A DNA stretch of 63,501 nucleotides, filler included, from 5 parts of 5 records of this genome joined end to end with filler, not necessarily neighbours in it; one strand, 5' to 3'; counted from the whole stretch's first letter, positions 35,362 through 44,620 are shown. A program made the numbers and translations. The notes: generated by a model not told the origin, from the letters alone.

Positions 35362-37228
35362 GTAGGCCTCCAAGTTGCCGGTTGGGGCGGACAACGTTTG
35401 CTTGCGTCGGGCAACATGGCCCCGCATGATGAGTTGCTGTTTTTTGAGTGGAGATACCATGCCGAGTACCAACAACGTAACGATCGATATCGACCAAGCG
35501 TGGGCATGGTTGCTGGACACTCAACAGGGCATCAAAAATGACGCCACTATGACGCTTGATACCCATGGCGGTTGGCACTCTCCCCACACAGTCACAAGCG
35601 CCGCGCAGGAGCTGTTGACGTGTTTGCTGCCACTGGTGCGTCATTCGAGCTGGGTGGTTGCCCAACTGGGGCAAAGCCTGGATGGGCGCATCGCCACGGA
35701 AAGCGGTCACTCCCACTACATCAATGGCGTTGAAAGTTTGGTGCATCTGCACCGACTGCGGGCGCTGGCCGATGCCGTGGTGATCGGCGCAGGCACGGCG
35801 AGTGCTGATAATCCTCAGCTCACCGTGCGCCGCGTAACGGGGAAGCACCCTACCCGAGTGGTGATTGACCCACGAGGACGCGTGCCCGTTGATTTGGCGC
35901 TGTTCACCACGTCGGCCGCCCCCACGCTGCATCTCACCGGGCCAGAGGTAACGGTGGCGCCAACGGCCGCTGAACACTGCGTGCTGCCGCTGGATACCAA
36001 CGGTCAGTTCCGTCCCACCGACGTTATTGCCCTGCTGGCAGATCGTGGTCTTACGCGGGTATTGGTAGAAGGCGGCGGCGTCACTGTTTCGCAGTTCATT
36101 GAAGCGAACGCGGTTGACCGCTTGCATTTGCTGGTTGCGCCGCTGCTGATCGGTTCCGGCCGACCTGGGCTGCAGATGACGCCCATCGATACCCTTGAGA
36201 ATGCGTTGCGCCCGACGATGCGCTCTTTCCGGTGCGGGGACGACACGCTGTTCGACGTAGTGCTGAGCGGACGCACTGCCTGACTGAGAACCAGACGGCG
36301 CAGCATGTGTTCGTGAAGCCAGCGCTGCCCAAATGCCAGGCAGGCTAGCCATCAGTACTAACACACCATAAGCCAGTGATATCGCCACACCTTGCGCCGA
36401 TGGCAAGCCAACAAACATCCAAATGCCTGCGGCGGCGCCTTCTCGCACCCCCCACCCGGCAATCGAAAGGGGCACCAGCATGGCAAGCAGCAACACTGGA
36501 GCCAACGCTAAAATATCTAAGGTCGCCAGCTCCACACCGATTGCCCGAGCCGCGCAGGCCATTACCAAGCCATAGCTAAGCACGATAGCAAGAGAAGAGA
36601 TCAGTTGCCGTGGCCAGACGTCACGCTGCAGCAGCCCGCGACGCATATCCTGCCCTAATGCAGCGCACCAAGCGGGTAGCGTTACCGCCGAGCGCCGCAG
36701 CCAGACCATCAGCGTCACACCGGCCACCATCACGATAACCGCTACGCCCGCCACTACCATCAAGCCACTGAAGCCCAGCGCTGTTAGCCAGAGTGGTGAC
36801 GTGAACAAGGCGATTAGTGTGTAAAGTGCAATCGCCAGCTGCCCAGAGGCACGCTCAATCACCACCGCACGCCAAGCACTTCCCTTCGAAGAAGACTGAC
36901 GGGCATGGCGATGAGCACGCCCCGCATCACCCAACACACCGCCAGGCAACAACTGGTTAACCAACAACGCTAAGTAGTACTCCCGCAGTGCATAACGGTA
37001 GCGCAGCGGCACGTCGATTAAGCCTGCCGTCAATTGCCATCGCCACGCGCTCAACATCACTTGCAGCACACTGATAAGTAGTGCGAGGGCCATCCAGCCC
37101 GGCGCAAAACGCTGCACTTCTGCCATTACCGCGTCTGGCTCTACCCACAGGGCAACAGCGGCCAGCAGCCCTAAGCTCACTAACCCTTTTTGCACCCACG
37201 GGGTTCTCAGCCAGCGCCAGCGTCGCAT
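35348..37228 (-). CDS. Lysylphosphatidylglycerol-synthase-TM/UPF0104 flippase-like protein (aa 1-~305) with a ~320-aa read-through extension antisense to the RibD-like gene
   Basis: SAWRW, NQLLPGGVLGDAGR, VIER, PLSIAGWGVREG; no in-frame stop until 35348. Confidence 0.8.
   Translation of the reverse strand: MRRWRWLRTPWVQKGLVSLGLLAAVALWVEPDAVMAEVQRFAPGWMALALLISVLQVMLSAWRWQLTAGLIDVPLRYRYALREYYLALLVNQLLPGGVLGDAGRAHRHARQSSSKGSAWRAVVIERASGQLAIALYTLIALFTSPLWLTALGFSGLMVVAGVAVIVMVAGVTLMVWLRRSAVTLPAWCAALGQDMRRGLLQRDVWPRQLISSLAIVLSYGLVMACAARAIGVELATLDILALAPVLLLAMLVPLSIAGWGVREGAAAGIWMFVGLPSAQGVAISLAYGVLVLMASLPGIWAALASRTHAAPSGSQSGSASAQHYVEQRVVPAPERAHRRAQRILKGIDGRHLQPRSAGTDQQRRNQQMQAVNRVRFNELRNSDAAAFYQYPRKTTICQQGNNVGGTELTVGIQRQHAVFSGRWRHRYLWPGEMQRGGGRRGEQRQINGHASSWVNHHSGRVLPRYAAHGELRIISTRRACADHHGIGQRPQSVQMHQTFNAIDVVGVTAFRGDAPIQALPQLGNHPARMTHQWQQTRQQLLRGACDCVGRVPTAMGIKRHSGVIFDALLSVQQPCPRLVDIDRYVVGTRHGISTQKTATHHAGPCCPTQANVVRPNRQLGGLHVSH
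35459..36283 (+). CDS. Stand-alone RibD C-terminal (pyrimidine reductase) domain protein
   Basis: QSLDGRIA, HRLRA.ADAVVIGAGT..ADNPQLTVR, VLVEGG, APLLIG; no deaminase HAE/PCxxC; GGAG RBS. Confidence 0.88.
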   Translation: MPSTNNVTIDIDQAWAWLLDTQQGIKNDATMTLDTHGGWHSPHTVTSAAQELLTCLLPLVRHSSWVVAQLGQSLDGRIATESGHSHYINGVESLVHLHRLRALADAVVIGAGTASADNPQLTVRRVTGKHPTRVVIDPRGRVPVDLALFTTSAAPTLHLTGPEVTVAPTAAEHCVLPLDTNGQFRPTDVIALLADRGLTRVLVEGGGVTVSQFIEANAVDRLHLLVAPLLIGSGRPGLQMTPIDTLENALRPTMRSFRCGDDTLFDVVLSGRTA

Positions 37229-37232
37229 GGGG

Positions 37233-39179
37233 TTAGCCCTCGTCCGCTGGCAGCGCCAGCAAGTCGCGGTGGCCTACCCAAATACCGATCTCGCCTTTGG
37301 CTACCTGACCCAGGCGCTGATCACGCCAAAGAGCAATCCGTGACGCCGCCTCAGGAGCCTGTTCGCTAGCAGCGCTCGCCCATCCTTCAATCAACGCGCC
37401 CATTAAGGGGTACTGCGCTGGCTCGCCCGCCGCCAAGCGCCATGGTGTTTCAGCCTCGTTAACACGATAACCGTGGCCAGCCATCCCTTTAGCTAGCGCA
37501 CTGTGAGCAGCGCCGCCTAATGCACCGCCTAGGCCCTTATCCCGGCTCTGGTGTGCGTTGAACAGCTCACAGACCCAGCGATCGTCAAGGTCGTTCAGAG
37601 GTTGCTGCTGGGCATTGGTAAAGTACCATTCGCCGGTAATGCTTAGAGTGATAAGAAGCGCTTGGCGATGTTTAGCACACTGTGCAGCCAAGGCATCGAT
37701 CCACTCTTGAGACACCAGATCAATCAGCGCAGATGCCGTCACTACGTCACAGTGCGTAAGAGCTGGGTGATCCAGCTGTTTAAGGGAGACGCAGCGGGTT
37801 TCGACCTGCAGTGGCTCACCTTTACCGGTGTTCAATTGGCTGGTTCGCGAGTAGGCTTCATTCAGTAAGGCCGGGTCATGATCAATCAGCATCCAGCGCT
37901 GGGCATGCTGCAAGCGAGGTGCAAGAAACTGGCTATTGCTGCCGCGTCCACAGCCTAAATCCGCTAGTGTGATTGGCGAGCAAGCTTCTGCTCTCCACTT
38001 ATCTTCTGATAACCAGCTCGCTAACGCCTCGACCAACGCTTGGCTGCGCGAACTGGCATCGACGCTTTCACGCAGCGACAGCCAATCCGCGGTAAATTGG
38101 CTTCCTGCCAACAATGTCGAAGGTTGCTGCAGCGCCTCGGCAAACGCCTTTCCTGCAGCCTGCCAGTCGCCCAAGCGGTCACGTGCAGCGGCGGCGCCTG
38201 CGCGTAGCTCCGTACGTAGCGCCTCATCATGGCAGAAAGCCGCCAGCGCACTCGACAGCGCCTGAACATCCCCCGGCGCTACGCTGATGCCAGCCCCTTT
38301 GGATAAGGTATCCCGCAGTGCTCCGCCGGTGGTGGTAATCACCGGCAAACCATGGGCTAGCGCTTCAGTCACCACCATGCCGTAGCCTTCATACCAAGAA
38401 GGCAACACCAGTGCATGGGCATTCTGATACGCAGCTTCCAGGGTCGCTGCATCACATTCGCCGTGCAGCGTTACCCAATCACCAAGTTGATGGTTGTCGA
38501 TCAGCGTTTGAACTCGCTCCGTAAATGCGGCATCACGCGCACCGCCAAAGCAGTCGCATCGCCAGAGGCCACGCTCAACACCCGCCAAGGCTTGAACCAA
38601 AATATCCTGCCCCTTGCGCGGGGTCAGCGTTGCCACGCATAGCAGGCGGATAGGTTCGTTGGGTTGCGCCGCGGGGCTGACCGGAGCACGTTCAACGCCA
38701 GGTTCCACCACGCTGATAGGGGCACCAAATGGCAGCGCGTACTGTTCCGCCAGTGCTGTTACACGGCGTTCAGTAAAGCGACTGGTCACAATCACTCTAT
38801 TCACATGCGCCAGCCCGAGCAGTTCGCAACGGTGAAAACGCTGCTGATCCATCTCACTCAAGCCCTGCTCATCACCTAACGGATGATGCAGTAACGCAGT
38901 GATATCAAGGCGCTCAGCATGGTCAGCTACCACATCGGGCAATGCCCCCATGGCTAGGCCGTCAATAATCACTCGCGAACGATCCTGTAATGCAGAAAGC
39001 GCACTGGCTAGCGCTTGAGCCGCCTCATCATCGGCATCAGGAAAACGCCCTGCCAACCCCACCACATTGATAGCCAGCCCACGCTTGCGCAGCGCAGCGA
39101 CAATATGGGCGTCGTAAATATACCCGCCGGTACGCTGGTCTGGATCGCCAGCCACTATCAAGGTCAATGGCTGACTCAT
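37233..39179 (-). CDS. Fusion of GT4 glycosyltransferase and class I SAM-dependent methyltransferase
   Basis: TGGYIYD, PRKGQD, EGYGMVVTEALAHGLP (GT-B EX7E); after aa ~360 WLSLRE.VD, ADLGCGRGSN, SALIDLVS. Confidence 0.88.
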   Translation of the reverse strand: MSQPLTLIVAGDPDQRTGGYIYDAHIVAALRKRGLAINVVGLAGRFPDADDEAAQALASALSALQDRSRVIIDGLAMGALPDVVADHAERLDITALLHHPLGDEQGLSEMDQQRFHRCELLGLAHVNRVIVTSRFTERRVTALAEQYALPFGAPISVVEPGVERAPVSPAAQPNEPIRLLCVATLTPRKGQDILVQALAGVERGLWRCDCFGGARDAAFTERVQTLIDNHQLGDWVTLHGECDAATLEAAYQNAHALVLPSWYEGYGMVVTEALAHGLPVITTTGGALRDTLSKGAGISVAPGDVQALSSALAAFCHDEALRTELRAGAAAARDRLGDWQAAGKAFAEALQQPSTLLAGSQFTADWLSLRESVDASSRSQALVEALASWLSEDKWRAEACSPITLADLGCGRGSNSQFLAPRLQHAQRWMLIDHDPALLNEAYSRTSQLNTGKGEPLQVETRCVSLKQLDHPALTHCDVVTASALIDLVSQEWIDALAAQCAKHRQALLITLSITGEWYFTNAQQQPLNDLDDRWVCELFNAHQSRDKGLGGALGGAAHSALAKGMAGHGYRVNEAETPWRLAAGEPAQYPLMGALIEGWASAASEQAPEAASRIALWRDQRLGQVAKGEIGIWVGHRDLLALPADEG

Positions 39180-39574
39180 AGCGCTCCTTCATAACTTGCC
39201 CACGCCACATGAGATTCATGCAGTTTGATCTCCATATGCGTCAGCCCCTGAGCGGTGGCGCCCATTTTTCCTGCTTTAATGGCAGCCGCCAGCTGGTCAA
39301 AAATCACCTTGGCCATAAATTCCGTAGTAGTGTTTTTACCGCTAAACTCGCTTACCTCATCAAGGTTGCGATAGTTGTAAGCCGCCAGCACCTCTTTAAC
39401 CGTCTCACTAGCCAAACCGATATCAATCACTAGACCATCCTGGTCAAGTTCAGGGCGCTGGAATACTACGTCCACGACATAGGTGGCGCCGTGGGTGCGT
39501 TGGGCAGGGCCGAATATTTCCCCATTAAAACTATGGGCAATCATAAAATGGTCACGAACGCATAAACGGTACAT
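39176..39574 (-). CDS. Non-canonical 6-pyruvoyl-tetrahydropterin-synthase-family (T-fold, PTPS-IV-like) protein
   Basis: MIAHSF..FGPAQRTHGATY, TTEF, LHES; AGGAG RBS; stop overlaps the next ATG. Confidence 0.85.
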   Translation of the reverse strand: MYRLCVRDHFMIAHSFNGEIFGPAQRTHGATYVVDVVFQRPELDQDGLVIDIGLASETVKEVLAAYNYRNLDEVSEFSGKNTTTEFMAKVIFDQLAAAIKAGKMGATAQGLTHMEIKLHESHVAWASYEGAL

Positions 39575-39608
39575 AGACACTCCTGTCGTGTTAAATAAGC
39601 CACATCGC

Positions 39609-40598
39609 CTAAGCGGGCAATGGATAACGAATTCGATGGCAAAGCGCTGTGCTATCAGGCCCAAACAGAGCAGGCGCCAGCGTTGGAAAATCGGCAAAAT
39701 CGCTCTCACCGCTAATCAGCGCATCTAACCGCGGGTCGGTGAGTAAGCGTAAAGCGAGCGCTAAACGGCGGCGATAATTCCAGCGCGGCTGCAACTTGGC
39801 AGGCAGTTGCCCAACCTGGCTGGCGCGAAGCGTTAAACGCTGGGAGTGAAAAGCGCCCCCGAGTGGTAGCGACACATCGCCTTCGCCAAACCAGCTCATT
39901 TCAATCACCCGGCCTTCGTTGCCCAGCAAGCTCATGGCCAGCCTCAGACCATCCGACTGACCACTAGCATGGATCACGCAATCTTGGTCGCTGGGTGCCT
40001 GCTCTGGTGTACAGAAGGGAATCCCCAAATGCGTTGCCAACGCTTCTCGCTCGGGATTAATGTCGACCAGGCACACTTCTACACCTGGAATTTGCGCACA
40101 CAGATACGCCACCAGTGCACCGACAACGCCAGCGCCCACCACACACACGCGCTCGCCAAGCATGGGGTTAGCATCCCACACGCCGTTAATGGCAGTTTCC
40201 ATATTGGCGGTTAGCACAGCACGGTAAGCGGGAACATCGTCGGGGAGCGCTAAAACAGCGTCTACCGGAACGACGTAGTAGTCCTGGTGCGGAAAAAGGC
40301 AAAAAACGGTTTTATTCAATAAATGATCTGGCCCCTGCTCCACATAACCAACGTTGCAGTAGCCGTATTTCACGGGCGTAGGAAACTCACCCGCTTGGAA
40401 GGGAGCGCGCATGCGCAAATATTCACTTTGCGGCACCCGTGCGTTAAACACCAGCGACTCAGTGCCACGGCTTACGCCACTATAAAGGGCACGAACCCGT
40501 ACCTCATTGTCGTCGGGTGATGCTAGTGGCTCCTGCTTGAGCTCACCATGGGTAGGGTGGGTCACCCAAAAAGCCGTAGCGGTATCAGGCGGCAACAT
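39609..40598 (-). CDS. MDR-superfamily (alcohol dehydrogenase-like) oxidoreductase
   Basis: SGVSRGTE, PVKYGY, GAGVVG Rossmann motif; the usual catalytic-Zn Cys and GHE are replaced. Confidence 0.85.
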   Translation of the reverse strand: MLPPDTATAFWVTHPTHGELKQEPLASPDDNEVRVRALYSGVSRGTESLVFNARVPQSEYLRMRAPFQAGEFPTPVKYGYCNVGYVEQGPDHLLNKTVFCLFPHQDYYVVPVDAVLALPDDVPAYRAVLTANMETAINGVWDANPMLGERVCVVGAGVVGALVAYLCAQIPGVEVCLVDINPEREALATHLGIPFCTPEQAPSDQDCVIHASGQSDGLRLAMSLLGNEGRVIEMSWFGEGDVSLPLGGAFHSQRLTLRASQVGQLPAKLQPRWNYRRRLALALRLLTDPRLDALISGESDFADFPTLAPALFGPDSTALCHRIRYPLPA

Positions 40599-40659
40599 GA
40601 CATTTCCTTATGGTTTAAGCGCTTCATCCCTCCATACAGCGTAGCCTAGAAAGCGAAGC

Positions 40660-40689
40660 GGCTGCTTAAGCCCTGGCTGCTTAACCCCT
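40660..40689. repeat. 15-bp tandem direct repeat in a divergent promoter region
   Basis: ggctgcttaagccct / ggctgcttaacccct (1 mismatch). Confidence 0.7.
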
Positions 40690-40825
40690 GTAAGCGCGAA
40701 GATGATTTGAAACAACTATATTCACATCATGGACAACCTTACCTTCTTATACAAGAATGGTACATAAGAAATAGTTTGCACACTTTAATTCAACCGCGGG
40801 CCAGTCAGCCGCTTTGCGAGTAAGC

Positions 40826-41560
40826 ATGCCCTCTCTTTCCAACACCTCCAGTGTCTCTTTACCTAAGCGGTTTTACACCTTGGCGGAGATAGCCCTGGCC
40901 AGCCTATTACTCGCAGGCTTAGGATCGATGCTGCCGGGATTAGTCGCCAGCGCTGCAAACTGGTGGTTAGCGGTTGGCTTCTACATTGTGATGGGCACAC
41001 TGTTGGTTTGTTTTTGGCCCCATGGCCCGCTCGGTTGGGCAAACCGGGTAACGCTTGGGCGCGGCGTACTCGTCGCCATCGTGGCAGGGGCACTGGCAGC
41101 GAATGCCTTTACTAACGCAATTTGGCTATGGCTAGCGGTGGCCGTCATTGCGCTATTACTGGATGGCGTGGATGGCTGGATTGCCAGGCGCACTAAAACC
41201 CACACCACGTTTGGCGCGCGCTTTGATATGGAGCTGGATGCAGTGTTGATTCTGATACTCTGTATCGGCTTATTGCAGAGCGAACATCTAGGCGCTTGGG
41301 TACTACTGATTGGCGGCATGCGTTATTTATTTATCGCCGCTAGCTGGCCATTTGCGTGGTTAAAAGCACCGTTATTCGAAAGTTTCCGGCGTAAAGCAGT
41401 GTGCGTGTGGCAGGTCGTTGCATTGCTGCTGGCGTTAATGCCATTCACCTCTCCTCTTGTTGCCAGCCTGCTGGCACTGAGTGCGTTAGCCTCGCTCAGC
41501 TACTCATTTGGCTTCGATGTGTGGTGGCTGTACCAACAACACAAACATGACGCCCACTAG
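40826..41560 (+). CDS. CDP-alcohol phosphotransferase family protein
   Basis: ANRVTLGR and the complete DxxDGxxAR...GxxxDxxxD motif (DGVDGWIARR..FGARFDMELD). Confidence 0.92.
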   Translation: MPSLSNTSSVSLPKRFYTLAEIALASLLLAGLGSMLPGLVASAANWWLAVGFYIVMGTLLVCFWPHGPLGWANRVTLGRGVLVAIVAGALAANAFTNAIWLWLAVAVIALLLDGVDGWIARRTKTHTTFGARFDMELDAVLILILCIGLLQSEHLGAWVLLIGGMRYLFIAASWPFAWLKAPLFESFRRKAVCVWQVVALLLALMPFTSPLVASLLALSALASLSYSFGFDVWWLYQQHKHDAH

Positions 41561-41598
41561 CAAAGTAAAGGTCACGGCATCATCTCGGCAAGCGTGTT

Positions 41599-41635
41599 CA
41601 ACACGCCACTTTGGCCGAACCAAAGTGGCGTGTTG
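41599..41635. terminator. Perfect 16-bp inverted repeat between convergent genes
   Basis: CAACACGCCACTTTGG-ccgaa-CCAAAGTGGCGTGTTG. Confidence 0.7.
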
Positions 41636-41724
41636 GATTACTCTACTGCACTAAACCCTCTTGGTCAGAATGGCTATGAGTAGCTCAGGAGGCCCCCCCT
41701 TTTAACGCCCCTTCTTTGGCATCA

Positions 41725-43657
41725 TTACTCAACGGCCAGAGTGGCGTTGTGATGGCTAACAAGCGGGCGAGAGCCAGAGAGTTTACGCAGCGCCACATAG
41801 AATACCGGCGTGAGGAAAAGCCCAAACAGGGTGACCCCAACCATGCCAGCAAACACCGCCGTACCCAGCGCTGCCCGCACCTCGGCGCCCGCCCCGGTAG
41901 CAATGACCAACGGTAGCACGGCGGCGGTGAACGTGATCGAGGTCATAATAATGGGGCGCAGTCGCAGTCGGCAGGCCTCTAGGGCCGCGTCCACCACGCT
42001 TTTGCCCTGCAGTTCCAGCTCGCGGGCGAACTCCACAATCAGTATGGCGTTCTTACACGCCAAGCCAATTAGCACCACCAATCCTACCTGTACGAAAATA
42101 TTGTTGTCGCCATCACCAAACCAGACGCCGATAAGCGCTGATAGCATGCACATGGGGACAATCAGGATCACCGCTAAAGGCAACGTCCAGCTTTCGTAGA
42201 GTGCCGCCAGCACCAAAAACACCAGCAGAATCGACAGTGGAAAGACCACCAGCGCAGCGTTCCCCTGGGTGGACTGCTGGTAACTTAGGTCAGTCCATTC
42301 GAACGCCATGCCCGGTGGCAACACCTCCATTGCCAAGGCGTTGATCGCATCCATTGCCTGAGCAGAGGAGAGCAACCTAGGGTCAGCCTCCCCGGCTAAG
42401 TCCGCCGCCGGGTAGCCGTTGTAGCGCAATACCGGGTCTGGTCCGAAGGTTTGTTTGATGTTTACCATGGTGCCAATAGGCACCATTTCGCCCTGGTCAT
42501 TGCGGGTACGCAGGCGGGCAATGTCTTCCACGCTAGTCCGGTAAGGAGCGTCCGCTTGGGCAATGACCTGCCAAGTTCGGCCAAAGCGATTGAAATCATT
42601 TACATAGGTAGACCCCAGATAGATCTGCAGAGTGTCGAATAGCTCGGTTAATGGCACTCCTTGGGCTTTAGCCCTCAGCCGATCGACCTCTGCATCTAAC
42701 TGCGGCACATTCGATTGGTAGCTGCTAATCGGGAAGCCCATCCCTGGCGTTTGGGCGATAGCGCCCTGGAGCTGATTAACCGCTCCCTGCAGCGCTCCGT
42801 AACCCAGGTTACCGCGATCCTCGATGAACATCTGGTAGCCCGACCCATTGCCAAGCCCCAGAATGGGGGGCGGCATAAACGCAAACGCAAAGCCCTCTTT
42901 CAGGCCTCCTATGCCCTGATTAATCCTGGCGTTTATCTCTGCGGCGGTGAGGCTACGCTCACCAAAGGGGCTAAGGGTGAGGAACACTACCCCTGTATTG
43001 GAAGTGTTAGTGAACTGCAGCGCGTTAAGGCCAGGAAAGGCAATGGCGTGCTCAACACCGTCGGTCTCCATGGCAATATCTACCACCTCTTGGAGCATCT
43101 GATCGGTTCTCTCCAGGGATGCCCCCTCTGGCAAAATAACGCCGGCAATCAGGTACAGCTTGTCCTGCACTGGAATAAAGCCGGGTGGCACCACCTTGAA
43201 CATCAATCCCGTTCCGGTGAGTAATAGAGCGTAAACCATGAATACCGCTCCCCTTCGTTTTAGGGAGCGCGCCACGCCACCCTGATACTTTTCTGCGCTG
43301 GCGTTGAAGAAGCGATTGAAGGGCCGAAAAATCCAGCCGAATAGCCAATCGATTAGCCGGGTGAGTCGATCCTTAGGCGCGTCGTGGGGTTTGAGCAGCA
43401 TCGCCGCCAAAGCGGGCGACAGGGTTAAAGAGTTAATCGTGGAGATAACAGTAGAGATGGCAATCGTTACCGCAAACTGACGGTAAAACTGCCCGGTCAC
43501 CCCGGAAAGAAAGGCCATGGGTATAAACACCGCACACAGCACCAAGCCGATAGCAACGATCGGGCCTGAGACCTCCTTCATCGCCTGGTGGGCCGCGGCC
43601 TGGGGATTGAGCCCTTCACCGATGTTGCGCTCGACGTTCTCCACCACCACGATGGCG
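41725..43657 (-). CDS. RND efflux permease, OqxB/MexF-like, C-terminal part (5' truncated)
   Basis: AIVVVENVER, NSLTLSPAL, GLACKNAILIVEFA, RLRPIIMTS. Confidence 0.93.
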
Positions 43658-43757
43658 NNNNNNNNNNNNNNNNNNNNNNNNNNNNNNNNNNNNNNNNNNN
43701 NTTAATTAATTAANNNNNNNNNNNNNNNNNNNNNNNNNNNNNNNNNNNNNNNNNNNN
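43658..43757. other. Artificial contig linker
   Basis: N44-TTAATTAATTAA-N44. Confidence 0.98.
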
Positions 43758-43816
43758 GACATCTCGGCGATGGCGGCGCAGCCGCCCATAGCTGGCACAG
43801 GCAGAAAAGCCTGGGT

Positions 43817-43901
43817 CATCGCGAGCTGAAGCTCCCTCCCACAAGGTACCGTGCCACTGATCTATTTTAGGAGGCCAAACCATCGCGAGCTGAAGCTCCC
43901 T
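43817..43901 (-). repeat. Two copies of a GTGG/GTAG-type REP
   Basis: CATCGCGAGCTGAAGCTCCCT at 43817-43837 and 43881-43901; first copy reads GTGG-GAGG-GAGC-TTCA-GCTC-GCGAT on the minus strand. Confidence 0.7.
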
Positions 43902-43935
43902 TCTAGACTATTTGCCCGCGTTGATCATTAACGCT

Positions 43936-44553
43936 TTACAACAAATCCATTGCGCTATTACGTTTCTCTTCGCGTAGCTTATCCCTTGCGATATAGAGCG
44001 CGGCGATGGCGCGGGCTTCGTGGAAGTCGTCACGTAATAGCAGTGCCGGCAGTTCTTCAATGGCATGGGTTTCGACAATCAACGGCTCTGGCTCGTCGCC
44101 TGGCAGGCGCTTGGGATAAAGATCGGTGGCGATGAGTACCTGCATGCGGTGGCGCATATAGTTAGGCGCAAGAGATAACTCCACCAGCGGTTCAATGCGG
44201 TGCGCGCCAAAGCCGCACTCTTCCATTAGCTCGCGGTTGGCAGCAGTGACAATATCTTCGCCGGGGTCAACTAGCCCCTTTGGCAGCGTCAGCACATAAT
44301 CTTCAAAGCCCGCCGCATATTCACGAATAAGCAGTACGTGCTCTGGATCGGGCATGGCAATAATCATTACCGCGCCGCGGTCTGCGCCGGTTAAACGTTC
44401 AAACTGGCGCTCTTCACCATTAGAAAAGCGCAAATCAAGCGACTCAATCTGGAATAAACGGCTTTTGGCGACGTTGGTTCGCGCCAAAATTTGCGGCTTT
44501 TTCAGGTAGTCATGTGGGGTATTGCCTGTTGAAGCGTCGTGGAGTGACATCAT
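43936..44553 (-). CDS. nudE: ADP-compounds hydrolase NudE
   Basis: Nudix box GLVDPGEDIVTAANRELMEECG; GDEPEPL; synteny with yrfG-hslR-hslO. Confidence 0.92.
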   Translation of the reverse strand: MMSLHDASTGNTPHDYLKKPQILARTNVAKSRLFQIESLDLRFSNGEERQFERLTGADRGAVMIIAMPDPEHVLLIREYAAGFEDYVLTLPKGLVDPGEDIVTAANRELMEECGFGAHRIEPLVELSLAPNYMRHRMQVLIATDLYPKRLPGDEPEPLIVETHAIEELPALLLRDDFHEARAIAALYIARDKLREEKRNSAMDLL

Positions 44554-44620
44554 GCCTCCGTGGCTGCAAAAAACGGGTTACGCTACAATAGCATGCTTAC
44601 TCTTTCATACTGGAGCGGCA

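Noticed and set aside
33473-39574. Cluster as an ordinary riboflavin, queuosine, toxoflavin or mycofactocin locus
   Set aside because: No lumazine or riboflavin synthase, deaminase, queC/E/F, toxoflavin WD-repeat/FGE-type genes, or radical SAM enzyme and precursor peptide.
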